Of a stretch of 64,000 nt of DNA, positions 60,710-64,000 are shown one piece after another (the stretch's first letter is position 1; each line of letters starts with the position of its first letter). This stretch comes from Cyanophora paradoxa CCMP329 (Eukaryota; Plantae; Glaucophyta), in the NCBI GenBank assembly GCA_004431415.1, contig QPMI01000558.1:13922-77921 (forward strand), written 5' to 3'. The position numbers were made by a program, and so were the translations under genes. The notes under the pieces were generated by a model. That model saw only the letters and a program-made list of their open reading frames with translations. It was not told where the DNA came from and did not search any database.

Positions 60710-61860
60710 TCAGGCGGACATGCACTTGCAGGCGCGCTGGATGGCGGCGAGGGGGCCCTCGCGCGTAGCCTCCCACAGCTCGAAGGGTCCATTGTTGTCC
60801 GAGTAGCCCACCTGCGCGCCCCGCAACCCCGGGCCGCCCCGTCGCCTCGAGCTCAGCCGGGCGACCTGGGGGCGGAGGAGGCGACCTGGCTCCACTGCCG
60901 TGATGCGGCCGTCGCCCGCGAGCTCGCCCTCGTAGAGCAGCTGTGCGCCCCGTGGTAGTTCTTGTACATCCGCACCACGCCCGTCCCCGGGTTGTGCGCC
61001 CCCACGATGCTGAACGCCCTGCGCCCGCGCCCGCGCGTCGGGCGCCGGGGCCGGGGGCCGCGCAGGAGCCCACCCACGCTGTCCTCCCCCTCGCCTTCAC
61101 CTCCCCCTCCGGAGTGATGCCGAACTGCAGCTGCAGGCCGGCGCTTGGGGAGGGGGGAGGAGAAGGGGGGGGGGGGGGGGGGGGAGGGCACCTCCATGTC
61201 GCCCTGTACGCCGTCGGACATGCGCCAGAAGCCGCGCCAGCGGACGGGCCGGGGCGAGGGCAGCGGCTCGCTCGCGGCTGCACGTCCAGAGCTGGAAGGG
61301 CCCCACGTGGCTCTCCACGTCGACCTGCTTCCACGTCCCGACGATGCGCCTCCCGCCCACCATGTGCCCCTCGTAGCGCAGCGTGTGCAGCATCGTCTCC
61401 CCTCGCTGCCGGCCAGGGCGATCGTCAGCCAGGCGGTCACGGGCGCGCCAGAGCAGTGACTCGACGCCATGCGCACTGGTACGTCTTGTTCCTGCAGCGG
61501 GCCCGGTCGCGTTAGTGGTCAGGTGTGTGCGCGCGCGCTGGCGGACGCTCACATCTTTACGTCACCGACTCGCTTCTGTGCAGCAGTGATGAGAGAGAAG
61601 GCGCGCGCGTGGTCCGTTCGGACCGTATCGCCGTCCAGTTTGAAGGTGCCCACGGAGTCGGAGCCGGTGCCCTTCACTTCCGAGCCTGCAATCGTCAGCT
61701 GGATCTGCGCGATAGTATTCAGCTGCAAAGATACGGGGATTCGATAGAGCGCGCGAGCCGCGTACGTCCATCGCTCCGGACTCGCCGCTGCTTGTCCTCC
61801 ACTGGCTCCCCAGCGCTTCCACTGCAGCTGGGCCGCGTTGGCGTCGAAGCCCCCGGTCAT
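60710..61860 (-). CDS. Protein made of two tandem uncharacterised beta-barrel domains with a C-terminal CaaX motif
   Basis: Repeat 1: IQLTIAGSEVKGTGSDSVGTFKLDG..VKMNKTY..HTLRYEG..IVGTW..GPFQLW. Repeat 2: WRGFWRMSDGVQGDMELQLQF..GEDSVGAFSIVG..VRMYKNYHGAHS.LYEG..GPFELW. Ends RACKCMSA-stop. Confidence 0.72.
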
Positions 61861-62691
61861 CGCGACCAGTTGACAAGCTGGAGCTCGACGAGCTTGGTAG
61901 TCCGAAAGAAGCAACGAGCTCGCCTCGGAGTTGTGCTTCAACTGCTGGCTGCAACTGCGCGGCTAGCAAGAGCACGGTAGCGAGTTCGCTATGCTAGGGC
62001 CCCAGTTCAGCGAGAGGACACACGAAAGGGATACGACAGCCACAGGCGTCATCGTGTACCCTGTACCGCCGCGCGAATTCGCCGCGAAAGCTAGCTCCCT
62101 GCCCTCCAGCAACGGAATTCAGCCTGTCGCACGCATGAGTTCAGAAGAAGAGCGTGATCTCCCTCGGCGAAGCGTCCTCGACTCAGCGTCGCTGACGAGC
62201 CCCGTCACTTTCGGACGCCTTGTCGGCTCTTTCGCACCCTCCCTTCTCTCGGATCAGTGAAGTCAGCGTCAGCTTCTCTCGGTGGCGCTCGCCACAGCGA
62301 TCGCAGCGGGCGGAAGCCGAGCGAACGTTCGAACACGGCCCAGCGATGCGCTAGGCGCCTAGCCAGTTGCAGCGGAGCAGCGGAATCCGGCTTGTTCTTT
62401 TCGAGCGGCGAGGGTCGATCAGAAGGCAGCTGCATGCGAGCAATCCAGCGTCTCTCATTTCCATGGAAGACTTCGGGAGCGTTTGTCGAATTCGGCAGCC
62501 GCTGAGCCGCGTCTGTAACGCATATCGTGATTTCATTAACGGTGGCTTGGTTTTTGAAGCGTAGAAAGCTCACGCTAGGTAGGTAGGTATCAATGAAGTT
62601 CTCCCTTGTTTGCTTCGGCTATAGCTTAGTTTGGCCGGGTTGGCCATTTACATGGCCTGCAATTTTGCCGTGCTCGCTGTCATTCTGAACA

Positions 62692-63628
62692 GTCGTTTCT
62701 GCAGTTCATCTGTAACCTCTGTACATGTACCAACTTTACATCTCTCCCGCCGCTGCGCGCCAGCTGGGAGAGGCCCACGACGGCGGGCCGTCATCGCTTG
62801 GCCTCGTAGCGCCGGATCTCCCACGTCTCGCCTGCGGGCGGGGCCCCGGGCGCGATGAGCGGGGCCGGGGGCGCTGGCGGCGGGGCGGGAGGGGACCGCG
62901 CGGGGAGGCGACGCGGTGGGCGGAGGCGAGGGCGAAGGCGTCGTCGATGGCGGCGCGGGGCACAAAGGCGAGCGCCGGGTCCACCACCTGCGCGCCGTCG
63001 GCCCCGGCCGGCGGGCGGGGCGGGCGGGGCGGGCGTCGGGGGCGATGGCGGGGGCGTGGTAGACGGAGAGGAGGAGGGTGTCGACGGCGCGCGCCGCGTG
63101 GAGCTCCCGCGACGTCGACGGGCCCGCCTCCACCGACACCGCCCCGCACCCCGCCTGCCCGTCGAGATCGGGCCCCGCCCCCGCCCGGGGGGCGGGCGCG
63201 GGGGGCGCACGGCGCGGAGGTAGGCGACGGCGGCGGCGATGGAGGGCCGCTCCGCGCCGACCACGCGCACGTGCCGCAGCTCCCGCTCCGCCGCCGCCGC
63301 CTGTCCCCGTCAGCGGCGGCCTGGCGCGGCGCGGGCGGGCGCGGCGGGCACCTCGAGGCGGGGCGCGGCGGCGGCGGGGCAGAAGAGGACAGGGACGATG
63401 GGCCGGTCGGAGGCGGCGGTGAACATCGCGTGCGAGAGGAGACCCGCCGGGTCCTGTGCCCGCGTCAGGGCCGGGGGGCGGGCCGGGGCGGGGGTAGGGG
63501 GCGCCTGGCCGCGGGTGAGGACAAGGACGAGCTGGGGGCCGGTCTTGCCGAGGGTCCGCACGCGCCAGTCCAGCAGGCCCTCCGCCGCCGGGCCCGCCAG
63601 CGCGTACCGCAGCCGCGGCTCCTCCCTG
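62692..63628 (-). repeat. Right arm of the inverted duplication (partner 31843-32802)
   Basis: Reverse complement near identical to 31843-32802, including introns and 3'UTR. Confidence 0.95.
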
Positions 63629-64000
63629 GGGCGTCCGTGAGGGCTGTGGCGGGCGGCAGACCTCGAACTGAGGGCGGCGCACCGGAGGTTCTTGCCGCTG
63701 GTGACGATGCCGTCGGCGAAGGCCCGCACGTAGTTCAGCACGAAGAAGTCTGCCGGGGGGGGTCTGGGTGGGCAGCGGCGGGGGCGCTGCGGGTCGGGGC
63801 GGGCACCGTGGTCGGAGCGCGGCGTCGCTCGCACTGCCGCAGCGTCACGTACTCCGAGCCGTAGGGCCGCCCGTCCGTCCCGGGGTTGACCTGAGAAAGA
63901 AGAGGGCCGCTTGCCTCAGAGCGGTGCATACATGCGGGCGGGGCGGCGGGGCGGGGCGGGCGCCTGCCAGACGGCGCTGACGTGGATGATGCCGGGGCGG
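62791..64000 (-). CDS. RibD C-terminal-like protein, copy B (5' end beyond window)
   Basis: VNPGTDGRPYGSEYVTLR..DFFVLNYVRAFADGIVTSGKNLREEPRL..GETWEIRRYEAKR; same intron positions as copy A. Confidence 0.75.

Noticed and set aside
50100-61860. Many frameshifts in CDC23, SPT20, PET100, the reductase and the barrel gene, read as pseudogenes, programmed frameshifting or insertional RNA editing
   Set aside because: The cases I could resolve are single-base losses in short homopolymers (e.g. CDC23 TAC TC[C] AAC ATC near 55818). They cluster regionally and hit essential genes, which is typical of poorly polished long-read consensus. Short reads would settle it.
61991-62640. Short ORFs between the barrel gene and RibD-like copy B
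   Set aside because: No gene-body codon bias or recognisable motif; treated as intergenic, although an upstream exon cannot be excluded.
1-64000. CRISPR arrays, rRNA, transposase/integrase/reverse-transcriptase ORFs, prokaryotic operons
   Set aside because: None seen; the window is intron-rich eukaryotic nuclear DNA.

Overview
Gene-dense, very GC-rich eukaryotic nuclear DNA. The ORF track is mostly spurious because genes are split by many short (~55-80 nt) spliceosomal introns. Splicing by eye gives about 23 protein genes: glutaminase, endoplasmin/GRP94 (HDEL), Cho2-type PE methyltransferase, a giant signal-peptide TPR protein, a degenerate alpha/beta hydrolase, a CC1-box (HAP1/BICD-like) coiled-coil, a coiled-coil hypothetical, an ankyrin protein, an RWD-PARP, two inverted RibD-C-like paralogues, an FHY1-like HAD phosphatase, two TIR proteins, a CDB1/At4g37920-like protein, two secreted EGF paralogues, an MGCGSS diflavin reductase, a low-complexity hypothetical, PET100, CDC23/APC8, SPT20 and a tandem beta-barrel CaaX protein. 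Homologues of plant plastid proteins and a Phe-containing transit-peptide-like start (MSGFV) suggest a plastid-bearing alga, possibly a glaucophyte (inference only). Main points of interest: (1) a 29-62 kb neighbourhood with a PARP, two TIR proteins and an uncharacterised beta-barrel domain that occurs both fused to a TIR and as a prenylated tandem repeat; (2) an unusual intron grammar (GYSCG donors, frequent GC-AG, no polypyrimidine tract); (3) intergenic islands of CpG decay that spare CCG/CGG; (4) two sharp-edged homogenised tracts between otherwise diverged paralogues. Frameshifts at 50-61 kb look like long-read consensus errors. All family assignments come from recognising motifs, not from database searches; exon boundaries outside conserved genes are approximate.
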